Part shown: positions 26,364-40,300 of the stretch, one piece after another
Numbering within the stretch: position 1 is the stretch's first letter
Layout of the letters: each line of letters begins with the position of its first letter
From: Phoronis australis
Lineage: Eukaryota > Animalia > Phoronida
Direction: 5' to 3'
NCBI GenBank assembly: GCA_002633005.1
Contig: NMRA01000415.1
Coordinates: forward strand, 343,556-407,555
Length of the DNA stretch: 64,000 nt
Translations under genes and position numbers: made by a program
The notes under the pieces: generated by a model
Seen by the model: only the letters and a program-made list of their open reading frames with translations
The model's database searches: none
What the model was told of the DNA's origin: nothing

Positions 26364-26936
26364 GTAAGCTTAAACTTAATGTTAAAATATATTTGATAAA
26401 GTTGATTCTGAAACGTCTTCTAAGGGAATATCTAGGTCGTACTGATAGATTTTGATTGATTTATGTATGCCTACCAATTCGCCACCCTTCAGTAATCCTA
26501 CGTAGTGATTTCAGTTCATAGCGACATTGAAGTACCGTGCCAGGGACACGCTCGTGAGCTAAAAGCATAATATGTTGGCGTTTTCGTTCAACAAAAGGCA
26601 ACATTTCAGAAATGTGGGATTAAATAGAGATGATTAGAATTCCATGTACTGTAAAGTACTAAAAATAACTGTATCCCTTTGCGTCTAATTTCTGAGAAAT
26701 AGAATAAGTGAACATGAAACCATGTGTTCAGAAGGAAATTCTTGATAATTAGATGTGTAACACAATCATTGCATCGTATTGCCGATACTCTAAAACGTGA
26801 TAGATTCAATTTATCTCACTCGGTCTGTATATAAAAAGGCACAAATCATTGGCCAGTAATCTCTCTAAAGGATTCCTTTGGCAAAATTCAGCGCACAGTA
26901 TCTCAGTTTTTTTTACACACTTTCATTAATAGCTCT

Positions 26937-27171
26937 GGGCCTGTTCCAACGAACTGACCTAAGTTCATTTTTGACTTAAGTATAAGATTTGTCTTAACTA
27001 CCAAACTTTGAAACTTCCATATTCAGTGAGTTAGTTAAAATTAAGACAAAACTTAAGTCAAACTTAAGATCTTTTTCTTGGATTGGTTTTAAGGCAAATT
27101 TAACTTTTATTTTAAAATTTACTAAAATTTGAGATTTGTCTTAGCTAAGTCAGTTTTGTTGGAACAGGCCC
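26937..27171. mobile_element. Harbinger-like MITE
   Basis: TIRs GGGCCTGTTCCAACGAACTGAC / GTCAGTTTTGTTGGAACAGGCCC; internal CTTAAG repeats. Confidence 0.75.
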
Positions 27172-27838
27172 CATGACTGTAGTTGTATACAGTCAATCGG
27201 AGCGCGTAGCGGAAACTGATACGAATCTTCAAGCTAAAAATGTTCAGTTATTAAGTTGTTTACGAAAAATGGAATTTGTTGACCAGTGGTCCAAAAGTCG
27301 TGAATAATATGAAAAATCGGACTTTGTTAACAGGGGTTTAAACCCCAAATCGCTTAGGACTTTTGATCCAACGTATGAGATTTTGTTTTTATTCATTCGT
27401 TCGTTCATTAGAATAGTGATGTATGTTATGTTTCAAGTAATTTTTATGTTTGGCTATTGGCTGTCTAATTGAACAACTAATTTTAAAAGGATACTAAACC
27501 GTATCTTAGTTCTCTCCCCTGCTAATTCAACATTGATGTCTTACGTGAGTGATAAATGCACATTCAATTAAAATGCATACATGTATTCATTGCGTCGCAG
27601 AATGGTCATTGTGGTTCTTGATTAGTGCACCAAGGCGTAGGCCACACTTTCCCGATTAGCTAGCTTTGTAAGGAAATTTGAAAATTTGGTCCAAACTTTT
27701 CAGTGAGTAAATTAACGAATTGAACTGAACTTTGGGTCGTAGTACGTGTTTACGTGATTGTATTTAACAATGGGACAATATAGAAGTATTTTATATAATT
27801 AGAATGTCAACTATTGGATTATACAAAATCTTTTTCAG

Positions 27839-27919
27839 AAACTGACGGAATGTTACCGAAGTGAAGAAATTGTCTGGACCCGGGTGTAATTTGTTCGGAG
27901 ATATTCCGATTTAAATAAA
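27839..27919 (+). other. Candidate terminal exon of precursor A (K-N-stop, then 3' UTR with AATAAA at 27914)
   Basis: Acceptor TCTTTTTCAG|; the phase-2 join gives AAA AAC TGA. An alternative acceptor exists at 27600. Confidence 0.4.
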
Positions 27920-28079
27920 GTTATAGGCTTGCTGGAAGACTGAGTTGTATTTTTTACTGAAAGAAAAGCATTCACTGATGTTATGTAACCACTAGTATTA
28001 GCCAGACATGCCATATATAAATACATTAGTCCATACAAGGAAACATACTAAAATATGATGTAACAGGTTGTATTTAGAT

Positions 28080-28450
28080 TTCTAGCAAAATATATGAATC
28101 TTTGATTTAAAGAACACATCAGAATCATGAATAGCAAAATGAACAATAAAGGGGTTAGTAGAAACAGATAGTCGACATAAAACGAAAAATGAGGTTACAA
28201 AGAGTAGCTTTGCATCGATGAAAGTAAAAAACTAGACGGTAGATAACAATTGAACCCAATGGAAATGAAACTAGTGTAGCGTAGACTTCATATGATGTGA
28301 GGAACTTACGTAGAAATTCTAATGTTAAAGATGTATTTCAACGCTTAGCAGGCTAAAAAGCGAAAATTAAATTAGGCCTTTTCCTCTCCTAGTATTGCTT
28401 ATCATGATAAGATTCTATTACCATTGGTAACAAGAATATCGAAACCCTCC
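28080..28450 (+). mobile_element. Highly degenerate Penelope-like 3' fragment
   Basis: FKEH-like remnant at ~28107 and a T-I-E-P-N-G remnant at ~28245-28265 resemble the end of a GIY-YIG domain ('L.T..P.G.N'). Confidence 0.35.
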
Positions 28451-31092
28451 GAAAGAGAAGAATACACTTCAGAGTTTACTAGGATTGGCCGATCCTAAAA
28501 CTGCGTATCAAAAATGCGCATAAACAAAATGCCTGTAGCTTGAGTTGCCGACTTATTCGACACTAATTCTAGATCGAATGAGTGTGGTAATGTTTTTTAA
28601 CTCGCAAAGCGTTTCGATGAAGAATTCAATATTAACAGCTAAACGTTCGAATTGCAGCTTTAAACTTTTTCGTACTGAACCAGTCGCTAATTACTCTATA
28701 TTAAATTGTTTCTTCAAATTTCACGCTCAACTAAGATAAATTTAGAAATATTTTCACTTTTTTTGTTTCTTCAATGTAACCTATGAAAATATTAAAATCC
28801 ATATCGCGCCCTTATAACCGCCCATGTCGCTATAAGCACCCCCCACGCGTTTTCAGACTTTTTAAAAATAAACGTGTACGTGCGAAAAAATGCCTTACCT
28901 ACAGTCCTAAAATTATACAGTAACGTCTTCAATTTATCAATAATAACCGACAGACCTTAAAAAATCATTGTGCGTGGAGTTTGTAGACCACTAACCTCGC
29001 CGCTACACTTATAATTCGTAGTTAGTGGTCGTTAAATTTGTTTGGATTGTTACGCGTACTTTTGTTTATTATCTTAAAATAGCATTGGTGTTTAATTCCT
29101 GTTATGTCGAGGGGTCGAACCAATTTTATTTCGTTTTGAATTTTTTCGTTGGTTTTGAAAAAGTACTTTGCCATCACCGGAACCATAATGCGTCCTACTC
29201 AATAAAAATCAAAAAGTGTCAAAATCGGGGAAAGCACTGTAAAGTTATTGCAATTTTGTAGCGAAATTTGGGTCAATTTGTTTGTATCGGGTTAGCCATC
29301 TTGGACGACAGCGGGATAAGTTACGAGTTTAAAACTTTGTGCAAATTGTTTTCACCTACAATTTGAAAACAGTGAAATTTAGTGAGACACATCTTTACTT
29401 ACTATTCTGCACGATTTAACAGTTTTCACCAAATTTCAGCCTCGTAGTTGTTACTTATTAAATGATAAATGTGCTCACAATTCCCGTTGGACTTCGTCTC
29501 ATTTCTGCCGGCACCGGCCGGTGACTTTTGCTAAACTGAAAGGCATGTTCAACCGGTTACTTTGCAATTTGTGAAGATATAACGTTGATACGTTTTGTCA
29601 AACTTTGCTATAAGAAAGGAACTTTGTTCAAGTTCCGTGTTTTTGTGCAAAAATGTAAGGTTTATTCGAAATATTTTACTGCGAATTTCACATTGAGGTG
29701 ATCTTATACTAAGCTAAATAAATAGTTGAAACAATTTTGAAGTGTTTTTTTAAATGTCAACTGCTGTTCAAGGCTTGATTAGGTGTCACAAAATGATTCA
29801 TATTTTTCTAAATTTTAAGTCTAAATCGCTTTGAATTCATTTTGTAACTTGTGGCTTTGAATTCTTAATTCCGGTTATCAAGTCAACAATATGAAGGTTC
29901 TTAATTAGAGAAATAAGCTATGTTGGATTGTGAAGCTTCAAACCTCCAGTTCAATGATTGAGTGACCAAAGCATGATATAATTAGCTTGCCATCAATAAT
30001 ATGTTCACTTGCATCTTCAGGCAACATTTCTTGATACCTTGAGTTTACTATTATTTCATTAGGTTAATACATAAATACATGTACATGTATAAAAAAATCA
30101 TACGTCAGTTCAAATCCAAGTTCACTGGAAGTTTTTCATTTCTTGGGTTCTTGCAATTCTGTCATTGACACTGCCACTTCCAGTCAAATTACAATTACTG
30201 ATGTGGTTTAGTTGTAAGGTCATTTCCTTCATACTCACTGCTTAATAAATATATAGAATTTTGTACTGAACGTGTCATACTTATGTGCTCGAATGAACCC
30301 CGTATTTGGAGAAATGGGAAAAGGTCTGCCTTAGTCAGAGAAGCAAGAACACCGAAAAAAGTAGAAAACGAGACAAAAGTCCACTAGAAGGCAGGAAGAA
30401 CCAAAATTTGGCGTCTGCATTTCGTACCTCTGAACATTCCCAATTAATGTTATAGTAAAAGATACACATTCTGAAAATTCAAGCCAACCATTTTTTAGGC
30501 TTGTTGCGCTCATGTAAAGTCTGGACAATACTCTCTTGAATGCCAACAACTTTGCTTAGTTTGCCAGATGACCCCAAGTTCTAAATAAACCTCGTTTGAG
30601 CGAGCGTTGTTGCCAGGGACGAGGTAGGCCTCAGGTTAGCTTTGGCGCAAAGCTGTATACTAAAAGGCTGTATTTTGACGACAGTCTTCATACTGTTAGG
30701 TGGCACAGGGGCTAGCTAACGTAAGGGTTGCCGCGACAGTGAGACACAGGACTAACCAGCCAGTACTTTAATTCAAGTGTCTGAAATTACCTGTCTATGT
30801 ATATGGAATAAATGATTCGAACCTTTTACTGCGATAAAACAGCTGACAACTGCATGCCTTTACCGTTCGCCAGTGTCTGGTCTCGGTCCGCACGGGGTCC
30901 GATCGGCTGCCAGTCCGGCAAAAAAAATCTGTCAAAATTTATTTGCCACATTTCGTCAGCAATTTCGATACAATTATATTCTGATTTCATTAACGTTAAC
31001 GCGCTCTGTCGATTACCTTATCCGCGTTTGCAGGCTGGTAACAGACACTGCTCCAGTCGTACAGACGGGGTATACTTAGCCTGGGTTCCTGA

Positions 31093-33232
31093 ATGAACTG
31101 TGAAGTGTTAACAAGTATTAACATTGGAAGTGACCAAAGAATGGTTAGAGCAAAAATAAGAATCAACAGCATACTACTAAGGATTAAAAGAATGCAAAGA
31201 CTGAGACCATTCAAGGCAAACACAGAACGCATGGAACAATGCAAAGAGGAATTTCAACTGACACTAAAAAGAGATTTCAAGCCTTAGAAGAAGGGACTCA
31301 ATCAATAGAAACTTTTAACAAAATCCTAACAGAAGAAATCAAGATCCTACATGAGAAAAAAGGAAAGACAAGCACAATCCATCACAAGAAGACATTAAAA
31401 TTCAACAGATGGGCACAAAAAGAAAAGAACTGTACAAGATGGACAAAACGACAGAAAGAGAAAGAATAGAATACAGTGAACTTCAAAAATCTGTGAAAAA
31501 CGTAAGAGAAATAGAGCCCGACGAAAAAGAACAAAGACGATAATGGGCACAATTGAAAAAGGAAAAGGACCAAAAGAAATCTACAAGCAAGGAAATAAAA
31601 AGAAGATATCAAAAATGCGAAACCCTAACGGAGAAATAACAAACATCAGAGAACAAAAATACTCAAAATTTTATATGAGAAAACGATGAATCCACCAGAA
31701 AAGATGGGAGCCAGGAATCTAGACATAGAACAAGTACCACCTTTCACTGAGGAGGAAGTAGAACATACCCTCAGAATGATGAAGAAAAGAATAGCACCAG
31801 GAAATGATAATATTACAAGCGATAAAATTTCGGCAGGAGGACAAGAACCAATCAAATACTGGACAAAAGCATTCAATGTAATTCTAAGTACCCATAACAT
31901 CCCAGAATGCTGGAAATAAGCAAAAATAATACTATTTTTAAAAAAGGAGACCGAAGTGACATAAAGAACTATAGACCTACAAGCTTAGTCGCTCATACAT
32001 ACAAACTGTTCACAAGGCTATTACAGAACAGAATGGAGAAACAACTGGAAGAAAATCAACCCCATTGAACAAGCAAGGTTTAGAAAGAGCTACTCAGCAA
32101 CAGACCATCTACAATTGAAAAATGTAACGAATTTAACCTGCCACTGTGTGTTGGTTTCATAGACTATGAAAAGGCTTTTGATTCAACTGGACACTTTGCC
32201 ATCACTGAAGCCCTAAAAAACATCAACATAAATGAAACATTTGTAAAACTGCTGCAATATATATAAATATGCCACCGCCAGAATACACATCGACAACCAC
32301 GTCTCTGAAACGTTCAACATAGAGAGAGAAGTTAGACAGGGAGACCCAATTTCACCTAAACTGTTTACCATGACAATTGAAGAAGTCTTCAAATCTTCAG
32401 ACCTTCAAAGGGGAGTAAACATAGACGGAGACCATCTAATACACCTGAGATTTGCAGATGATGCTGCTTTGTTCACAGAAGACATAATACCATTAGAAAC
32501 AAATTTAAATACTGAATGAAGAAAGCAACAATGTCGGATTAAAGATACACAAGATCAAGACAAAGTACGTGACAAATTTTGAAACACATGAACAAGTAAT
32601 AGTGGAGAGCAAGATCATTGAAGAGTCACACAATATAAACACCTGGGACAAACTATACAAATTGGAAATCTTATGACCAATGAAATACAAATCCGAATAA
32701 GAGCTGGATGGGGTTGCTTTGGAAAAACAGAGAAATATTCCAAGATAAGAATATACCCATATGCTTGAAAAAAATATTCGACCAGTGCATCATACCCACA
32801 ATCACCTATGAATGCCAAACATGGACCTTACCAAAATAGACAATTGCCAAGCTAAGAACAACACAGAGAGAAATGGAGAGAAAATGCTTGGAATAAAGCT
32901 ACTAGACAGGGATCCACACACAGGGATAAGGGAACAAACAGGAGTTATGGATATAATCAAGACAATTCTGAAATTGAAATGGAGGTTGGGCGGACACGTC
33001 GCCAGAGCACAGGACAACGGATGGACAAAAAGATGCACAGAGTGGCAACCCAGATATGGAAAGAGATCAAGAGGACGGTCCCAAGCCAGATGGAGAGATG
33101 ACGTTGTGAAGACGAGAGGCACGACGCGAATGAGAGCGGCAAGAGACAAAACAAATTGGAAGGCATTGTCGGAGGGCTACATCCTGCAGTAGATGGACAA
33201 TGCCTAGAGTCAGTAAGTGAGAGTCAGAGTCA
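31093..33232 (+). mobile_element. 5'-truncated, frameshifted RTE-clade LINE (end of APE, RT, C-terminus)
   Basis: Motifs GSDQRMVRA, APGNDNIT, NYRP, FIDYEKAFDS, VRQGDPISPKLF, HLRFADD and KWRLGGHVAR...EWQPRYGKRSRGR...RWRDD; 3' GAGTCA-type short-repeat tail. Confidence 0.93.
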
Positions 33233-34639
33233 ATATGACTTCACCGGAAGAGGGGCAAAACCGCCACATTGCTCTTTTTTGTCCCGAGTCTTTGCTACAC
33301 ACACTAAATCTTACTGGAGATATTATGGTGAATTTTACGCTTAAAACGTTAACACAACTTGTGAGATGGTAGATGGATCGTAGAATAATTGTGGATGGAC
33401 GAAGAAAATGTGAACTTGTTATGTTGTGCGAAGCTGTGAACCGACTGAAATTGGAAGTCAACTCGGTCTAGGCCTGAATGACGCAGGAATACATGGGCAA
33501 TAGTATATCCCCATAAAATGTTGCTCACTTCAAAATGCAGCAAACAAAATCAAATGAAACATTCATGTGTGTCCATGGAGTTATAGTTAACACATAGCCT
33601 GACTCTGGATACAATTTAGTCCACACATAACTTGTACATAATCATGAAGTCCTCGAGGTTTGATCGCTCGAGTTTCTCTCACCGAGCGCCATTTTGAGGA
33701 AGTTACGTGAAATCACGCCTGTTGATGAACAAATAATCCAAGGGACACAAATCTTAAAAATTTCACTTGATATTTTCTCATGCTATTTTGAAAGTGTCAC
33801 GCGTCAGGTCTCGCGCTGAGCTCAGTCTCGCGCTAGCCTTTGCCTCATACTCACCTGACTCAGTTGAACCACTTTGTGGTTATCGCGCGAGTGTCAAAGT
33901 TAACAGTAACCACAGAGTGGAGTTGGAATTCTTCGCCAAAGTCACCTGAATTCCAAGAGCTATGCTTCATCGAAGATTTGTGTGGAAGCAGAAAGGATCA
34001 CTGAAGACAGTAAACGCCTTTAACATTGTAGGTGATAATTTTAGTTGTAGAATATATTTTTACGAGGTGAAAACATAATGGGATTTCGCCTACCGCCCGT
34101 TTAAAAACACGGGACGAAATTAATGCAGAACGCGATGGAACATATTGTTTCGCGAGTTTCATTTGCCATAACAGCAATGCTTGTTGGGCATTTTTCGAAC
34201 TAAACGGTTAAAAACTCGAAGAAAATAACACAATACACTCTGCTACCTTATTGTGCAAATGGTCAAACAACAAGCTTTTGCCCCACTTCCCGTGACGTCA
34301 TAGTTAAGTCTCACATAATATCGCGTTATTGTTTTAAACTAGCAAAAGGACTACTGTACTTCCGGGTTAGCGGTAAGTTCAAAATGGCGCTGAGTTCTTC
34401 GGGTTCGAATCGTGAGTAACGCGTTGATTTAAACTTTATTCAGTTACGAATTGTGTATTAGTTTATGGGGTAGGTACGTCTTGGATCCTAATGACATCTT
34501 CTGACCATGAGCTAACAGCTTGTGCTTCTTGGACTTTAAGGCACGGCGGAAGTTTGAAGTGTATGGTCACGGCTAATTACCGACATACATGTATGTATCG
34601 ACCATGTAATTTCATTGGCGTCTACAGTCCAAAACAGGA

Positions 34640-36347
34640 AAAATGAAAACATTTTCGATACTTGTAACATTTGCTGATATGAAGAAAGCATTGGACAGTG
34701 TAGATAGAGATACATGTATATTTGTCTATAAACTTCTATTAAATAATATTGACGGTCATACGAACATTTATAATGCGATAAAAGGTATTTATGCCGATCC
34801 TGTGGCTCATGTCCAGATTTTTAAAAACTTTCACTGTTCCCTATATGTTTTGGTGTACGTCATGGGGAAACGCTTTCTCCGACTCATTTAGTCTTTTTAT
34901 AAATGACTTTGCTGATGAACTGAATCTGTTCAACCGTGATACATGTCTCTCTATAGGAAAAAATGTACGTGTAATAAGGCACTTGTTGTATTCTGACGAC
35001 ATTGCTTTACTCTAGTCACGTGATCGTGATATGCAGGCCATACTGGATCCTTTGCCCATTTGGTGTAAACAATGCAGGACCGAGATGAATTTGAGTAAAC
35101 TAAAGTTATGCATTTTCGTAAGCCCCGTGCGAGGCGGACTAACTTTTTCTTCAATTATGCGAACAACCTGCTCTCTGTTGTAAGTCAGCATAGATAATTA
35201 GATGTCCTTCTGGATGAACATTTTGCAATTTAAAATAGCCGCTGCCGCAGTAGCAGCATCTGGTGGCCGTGCAGTTGGCGCTATGGTATCTAAATTCAAG
35301 CGCATGCGTGGTATTGTGTTCAATATATACATACACCACATTATGTGATATGTGTGTTATACCGACGCTTGATTATTGCGCTGGTGTTAGGAGGGCAGGA
35401 CTATTTCCTCCGTGTGTTACAATCCAAAATCGGGTCTTCCGATACTTTCTTGGGGTTCAAAAATTTACTCCAATCAAGGCGAGATATGGGGTGGAAACCT
35501 AGTACAGTTCGTACGAAACTGTACATTACATCTCTGGAATAGACTTATTGCATGCCTGATAATCGTCTCAAAAATATTAAGTACATGTATTTTACTGGGA
35601 CCTCACGTACAGAAAGGATAATTGGTCGAAAAGTGCTTTTCAAAATTTTACTGAGGTTGATCAGATTGAAGCATTTTATTAAAAGTCAGCTTGTGATCTA
35701 GAAAATGCCATAACGAGAATCTTTTCGAGTCTGAATGCAGGATGGAAATTTTTGCGCAAACCCAACTAAGAACATGTAAATTATGTAAAAAATTATCAAA
35801 CAGAAGTTTATTTAAAATAAGCATGTCTAGACTGGAGAAAATAAATCCCCTTTTCTCAATTTAGATATGGATTACTGCCACTGAAAGTGGAAACAAGCGT
35901 TTCGATGAGCATTTGTGAGATTGTTGCACTGCCTCATACGTAGATTATGAAATAAATACATTTCCTTTGCTCGTGTGATCTCTACAGTGCTCTCAGAACC
36001 GGGCGATTGGCAGAGGTCATGTTGGTCTGCCCTTCATTTGGTGAGCTAGAAATTCCAAAGCAGTTTTTTTTTTCCTAATGACTAACACCACTGTGTGTAA
36101 ATTATTTAGAAACTTATTAATAATGCATTTCATTTCTCAGGCGAAAACAGTTGCTATTTTCAATTTAATTTGTAATGATTGGGAAGGTGAGTGTGATCAT
36201 CCCTTCTTTTCTTTTGGTCATTTTCTATTTGTATGCGTTACCTTTTGTGTATTTTCGCTTTGAAATTGTGACTTATAATCCCAAGTTTTGGCTGGGTAGC
36301 AATTACTACAGCTCAATGAAATGAGTGATGGATTGACTGATTGATTG
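34640..36347 (+). mobile_element. Degenerate 5'-truncated LINE (RTE-X-like RT)
   Basis: FADMKKALDSVDR, YKLL..NIDG, FSLFIND, LLYSDDIALL, PTLDYCAGV, IQNRVFRYFLGV.K.TP; (ATTG)n tail near 36330-36347. Clade assignment is an inference. Confidence 0.85.
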
Positions 36348-36349
36348 AA

Positions 36350-37340
36350 ACTAAAAACGACTTTCCTATCAAGTTCTCAGAAAAAAGACGATCTGTACGG
36401 GCACGACAACCGTCAAAAGTTTTGAGGAAAATTAGACAACGTTTTTAGCGAGTTACACGGCATCTGCGGGAAAGACCATCTAGCGAGGACAATAATGCAT
36501 TCTCAGTTGATCCCTGCTATAATCGTTCTAGATTGACGCCAGTGATGCATCAGCAGGTGAGATAACGAGAATTGGTTGAAATCATAAAAATATAGCTTAA
36601 TATCCTTTTAAAAGAATGAATCAATTAAAAATGCATACACCCCATGTCACATTTTGGACATTATGGTACTTAGAGGTTGATTTTTCCCATAGTTCTGTGT
36701 ACTTCGCAAAAACCGTTGTTAACGCTTGCCCGTTTAGCAAACTTTGAAAGTAGTTTTCATTTTTCAGCAAACCTTTGACTGGTGCTTGACTGGTGCCAAA
36801 GGTTACAGAGCATTATGTTTTAAGAGAACTTGATGGGGAAGTTATTTTTATTACCTGTTTTCTAATGGCCAAAACCGGATTTAAAGTCCTTTTAAAAATG
36901 CAAGAAGGTACTCATTTTCCGTATACGTGAGATATGTTGGCAATTTGGAATGCGCATGAAATCAATAGTACCCGGACGTTGTTTTCAGTGTAAGTACACC
37001 ACTCAGTGCATCTAATGACCGAAATATCGTTTACTTTGCATGCGTGAGTACAATTTTAAACCTGATTTGGGAATTTTACATGTAGATATTTGTGGAGCAC
37101 TGAACATTTGAAGTAGTGAATCTTCAGAATAGTGGGCTGTTCCCATTTTCAGCTACTGTACATGTATGTAAGTAACACGCAAAAATATAACCAGATAAAG
37201 ATTTTGTCAAGTCATTCTCAGACTGATATGAAAGTTTTGCTGAAGGCTCTTTCTGGACCAAATTACATATCCGAATTTGAGTCCCATTCTTTACAAACAA
37301 CAGTCAGGGCATCCTCATTTCCTTCTCGTCTCAGAGCTGA
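36350..37340 (+). repeat. Unclassified ~1-kb interspersed repeat, with an inverted diverged copy at ~61600-62690
   Basis: Shared segments include GACGCCAGTGATGCATCAGCAGGTGAGA, AATCAATAGTACCCGGACGTTGTTTTC and TCCCATTCTTTAC. Confidence 0.8.
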
Positions 37341-39309
37341 GAGTCACCGTTGTACATGTATATACATTATCTTTCCCCCTAATTAATATGTGTCTGTCCT
37401 TACTGGAAACTCTACAGTATTTAGCCTTGCAGACTACCAAAGGTCCACTGTTTTAGATATTCGAACCACCCCCGCGCAATGCTGGCTACAGCCCTGGTAC
37501 TCTAATCGTCTGCACGCTCCTGCCATCTACATGTACACTGTACGCAACCACCACCCAGGCGAATTTGACCGTGTACGGACTCGATCATTACATGAAGTGC
37601 TTTAAATCAAAAGCAAGTTCAAACTTATTGCTAACTCAGTAATCATTGTAATTAGCGGTATCACTAACTGCAACAATTATGTTGTTGTTATCCATAGCGA
37701 CATTTCTGAACTGAAAGGCGCAATCAACCGGCTATTGTCACCGGTGAAGATTTAACTATCAAACATTTGTAGACATACTGCTACATAAAGCGGGTCAGAT
37801 ACAATCTATTTTTCAACAGATAACCAATTTTTGTATCAGTATTTCCTACAAACATCTACTCATCATACAAGTTTAACCAGCTCGCAATTCCGTTCTTATT
37901 TCGGTGTTCCAAGTTTGGCACACGACTAATTCAACAAGGCATTCTCCGAACATGGTCAATTTAAACATCGCAGCTTATACTGTAAGCCTCTAGATATAAA
38001 TTTTGCAGTGAGGCGCGTGCGTTTGGCAACAGGTGCGTTCTCGTATGGGTGAACCTCAGGCAAACGAGGCGCAGTACAACTTAATGTCGAGAAAATCTTC
38101 AATTTTTCAAGGTAAGAATGGCATGGTAGGTGATTGTTTGAGCAACGTGTTTATTCTACTGCGAGTGATGTTTTAAGTATCATCCAATCAAAACGTTGTG
38201 GAGGGTTTTAAAATGGCTTAAATATAGCCTTTTTCTAAGGATTGCTCTTTACGGCAAACTCAACAAGTGGTGATTTTGCAGGTACGGAATTTATTGTTCA
38301 CTGCATACGGTTGCATGGTATTACACTTGTGAAAAAATATGCCAGTTCCGTAAAACTCCGTTAGAAAAGTCCGATACGGAGTAAAAAATTGTCCCTCAAG
38401 CTTGTATATGCATTGCTGTAACGTAATACGGAAAATCACGAACTGTATTGAATGAGCGTGACTTAAACGCCCGTGAAGATTTTCAAAAAATTTCCATAAC
38501 AGTCCTTAAGAAAAGAACACTATTTGTGTTGCAAATTGTGCTCTTCATCAAAATGCCTTATCTTTTCTAAAGGAATGGCTTGCTCACATATTTTTTAGAA
38601 GCTTAAACTTGACCGATGTTGTGAACTATTCAATTAGTGCTATTTAAGTACGTGAACGCTCATTTTGTGGTCATCGTATGTAAGGCCAAGAAAGACGGAA
38701 ACCCTAAACATATTTGTTTTTTTTAGATTAAAAGTGGAAACTAGAACACAGAAATGTAACACTGCTGTTGTAGAGTTCTAAAGGCGCAGAACACTATGTG
38801 TTCGTTTCTGCATACCTGACGTTCAAACTCCAGAACACAAAAAGTGTTCAAAATACAACAAATGTGGTACACGGTGTTCAAAAGAGAACGCCTTTGAAGC
38901 ACTTGACGGATATTGTACTTAACACTATCTTGGTGTTCTGTCACGGGTTTCTGAACATGATGGTGAATGTAACCTTATTAGGTTGCCTACCAAGTTTTTC
39001 ACATTAAATTGAACTGAAACGTTATACATGACTGGCCATTAATGTCGTCAGACTACACATGTACATGTATACTCTAAGCAAATGATGGCGACTAAGCCAA
39101 AAAATTGCTATTGTAACAGCAAGCTCTTTTTATTTTGTTAACGCTAGGAGGCATGATGGACAAAGATTTCAGATTAAGATACCACAGATCAACCATTAAT
39201 TCGTGTGGCAACTTTTAAAGCAATTATTTGATCATCCTTTAAAGAGTTGGGACCTTGAGAACTATACAGTGTGACAGATTTAAGTTCCGCTTTACCTGTT
39301 TTATGTCTA

Positions 39310-40300
39310 GAACCTTACAGCTTGACGTAACTCGTGTTGTGTCGTTTTAAAGATTAGAACAGTTCATAAAATTGAACGCATTAACAAATATAACCGTTAA
39401 CGATACACGGAGACAAACACCCGTCCCGTTGTGTGGTGTTAAAGTGCCTAAATGATACAGCGAGTAACGAGAACGACGCTTTAGCGTTGTAGCACTTAAT
39501 GTAGAATGAAATGCTGTAACCAACAACAATAACACCAGTATAACGAGACGCACGCTTTTACGTTGTAACCTCTTAGCACGATACTGCGTGACAACCGCAC
39601 ATTTCGCGGCATCGTTTGTAAGGCCAAGAACGATAATACAGCACGTAGAATGAGATGCACGGTCGTACGTTGTAACCCTTTGAACGATACAGTGTGATAA
39701 ACTTTAGTCTCGCTGTATCGTTTAAAAGTCTAGAACTATACTACAACGAGTTGAACCAGACCCGCGCTTTAACGTTTCAACCTCTTAAATCGATACTGCC
39801 TGACAAAGTTATCGCGTCGTATTGTATCGCTTTATAGCCTAATAACGATACAGCGAATACAACGTAATGCACGCTAGCAGTAACGCTGTTATTTTGAAAA
39901 CGACACAGTGTGACAAACGCAAATCTTGATGTATCGTTGAAACTCTAAAACGATACAGCCAGTGGGATGAGACCCGCGCTATATTGTAACCCATTTCAAC
40001 GATACGTTATTGTCGTGCCTCCGAACACGTGCACCAGACCAAGCATGCCAGATGACTTTTTCCTAGCTTTGCGATAACCATGGATCACTGTGGTATCAAG
40101 GTACCACTGATTACCTTTTCATGCCAAAAGATATCTGGGATCCCGATCTAAAACGCGAATCTCAGTGTACATGTATGGTTTTAAAGCTTATGAGCTTCAT
40201 GTATACTGTACATCGAACGAGACACACGTCGTCATCCGTTACAACAATACAACGTCAGGAACGCGTCTCGTCGTATCGTATTAAGCTCTAGGAAAGTGTG
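39310..40300 (+). repeat. Diverged minisatellite (~60-bp unit with apparent ~120-bp higher-order period)
   Basis: Recurrent AACGATACAG, GTATCGTT and CGTTGTAACC motifs. Confidence 0.75.

Noticed and set aside
34355-34420. ETS/YY1-like motifs with ATG and donor (AAAATGGCG...C|GTGAGT) resembling a housekeeping first exon
   Set aside because: No downstream exon could be linked, it sits between two dead LINEs, and such motifs are common in DNA transposon remnants.
39347-39553. Minus-strand ORF resembling a signal peptide plus KRR (MRLVILVLLLLVTAFHS...)
   Set aside because: It starts at GTG rather than ATG, lies wholly inside a minisatellite and has no supporting exon structure.
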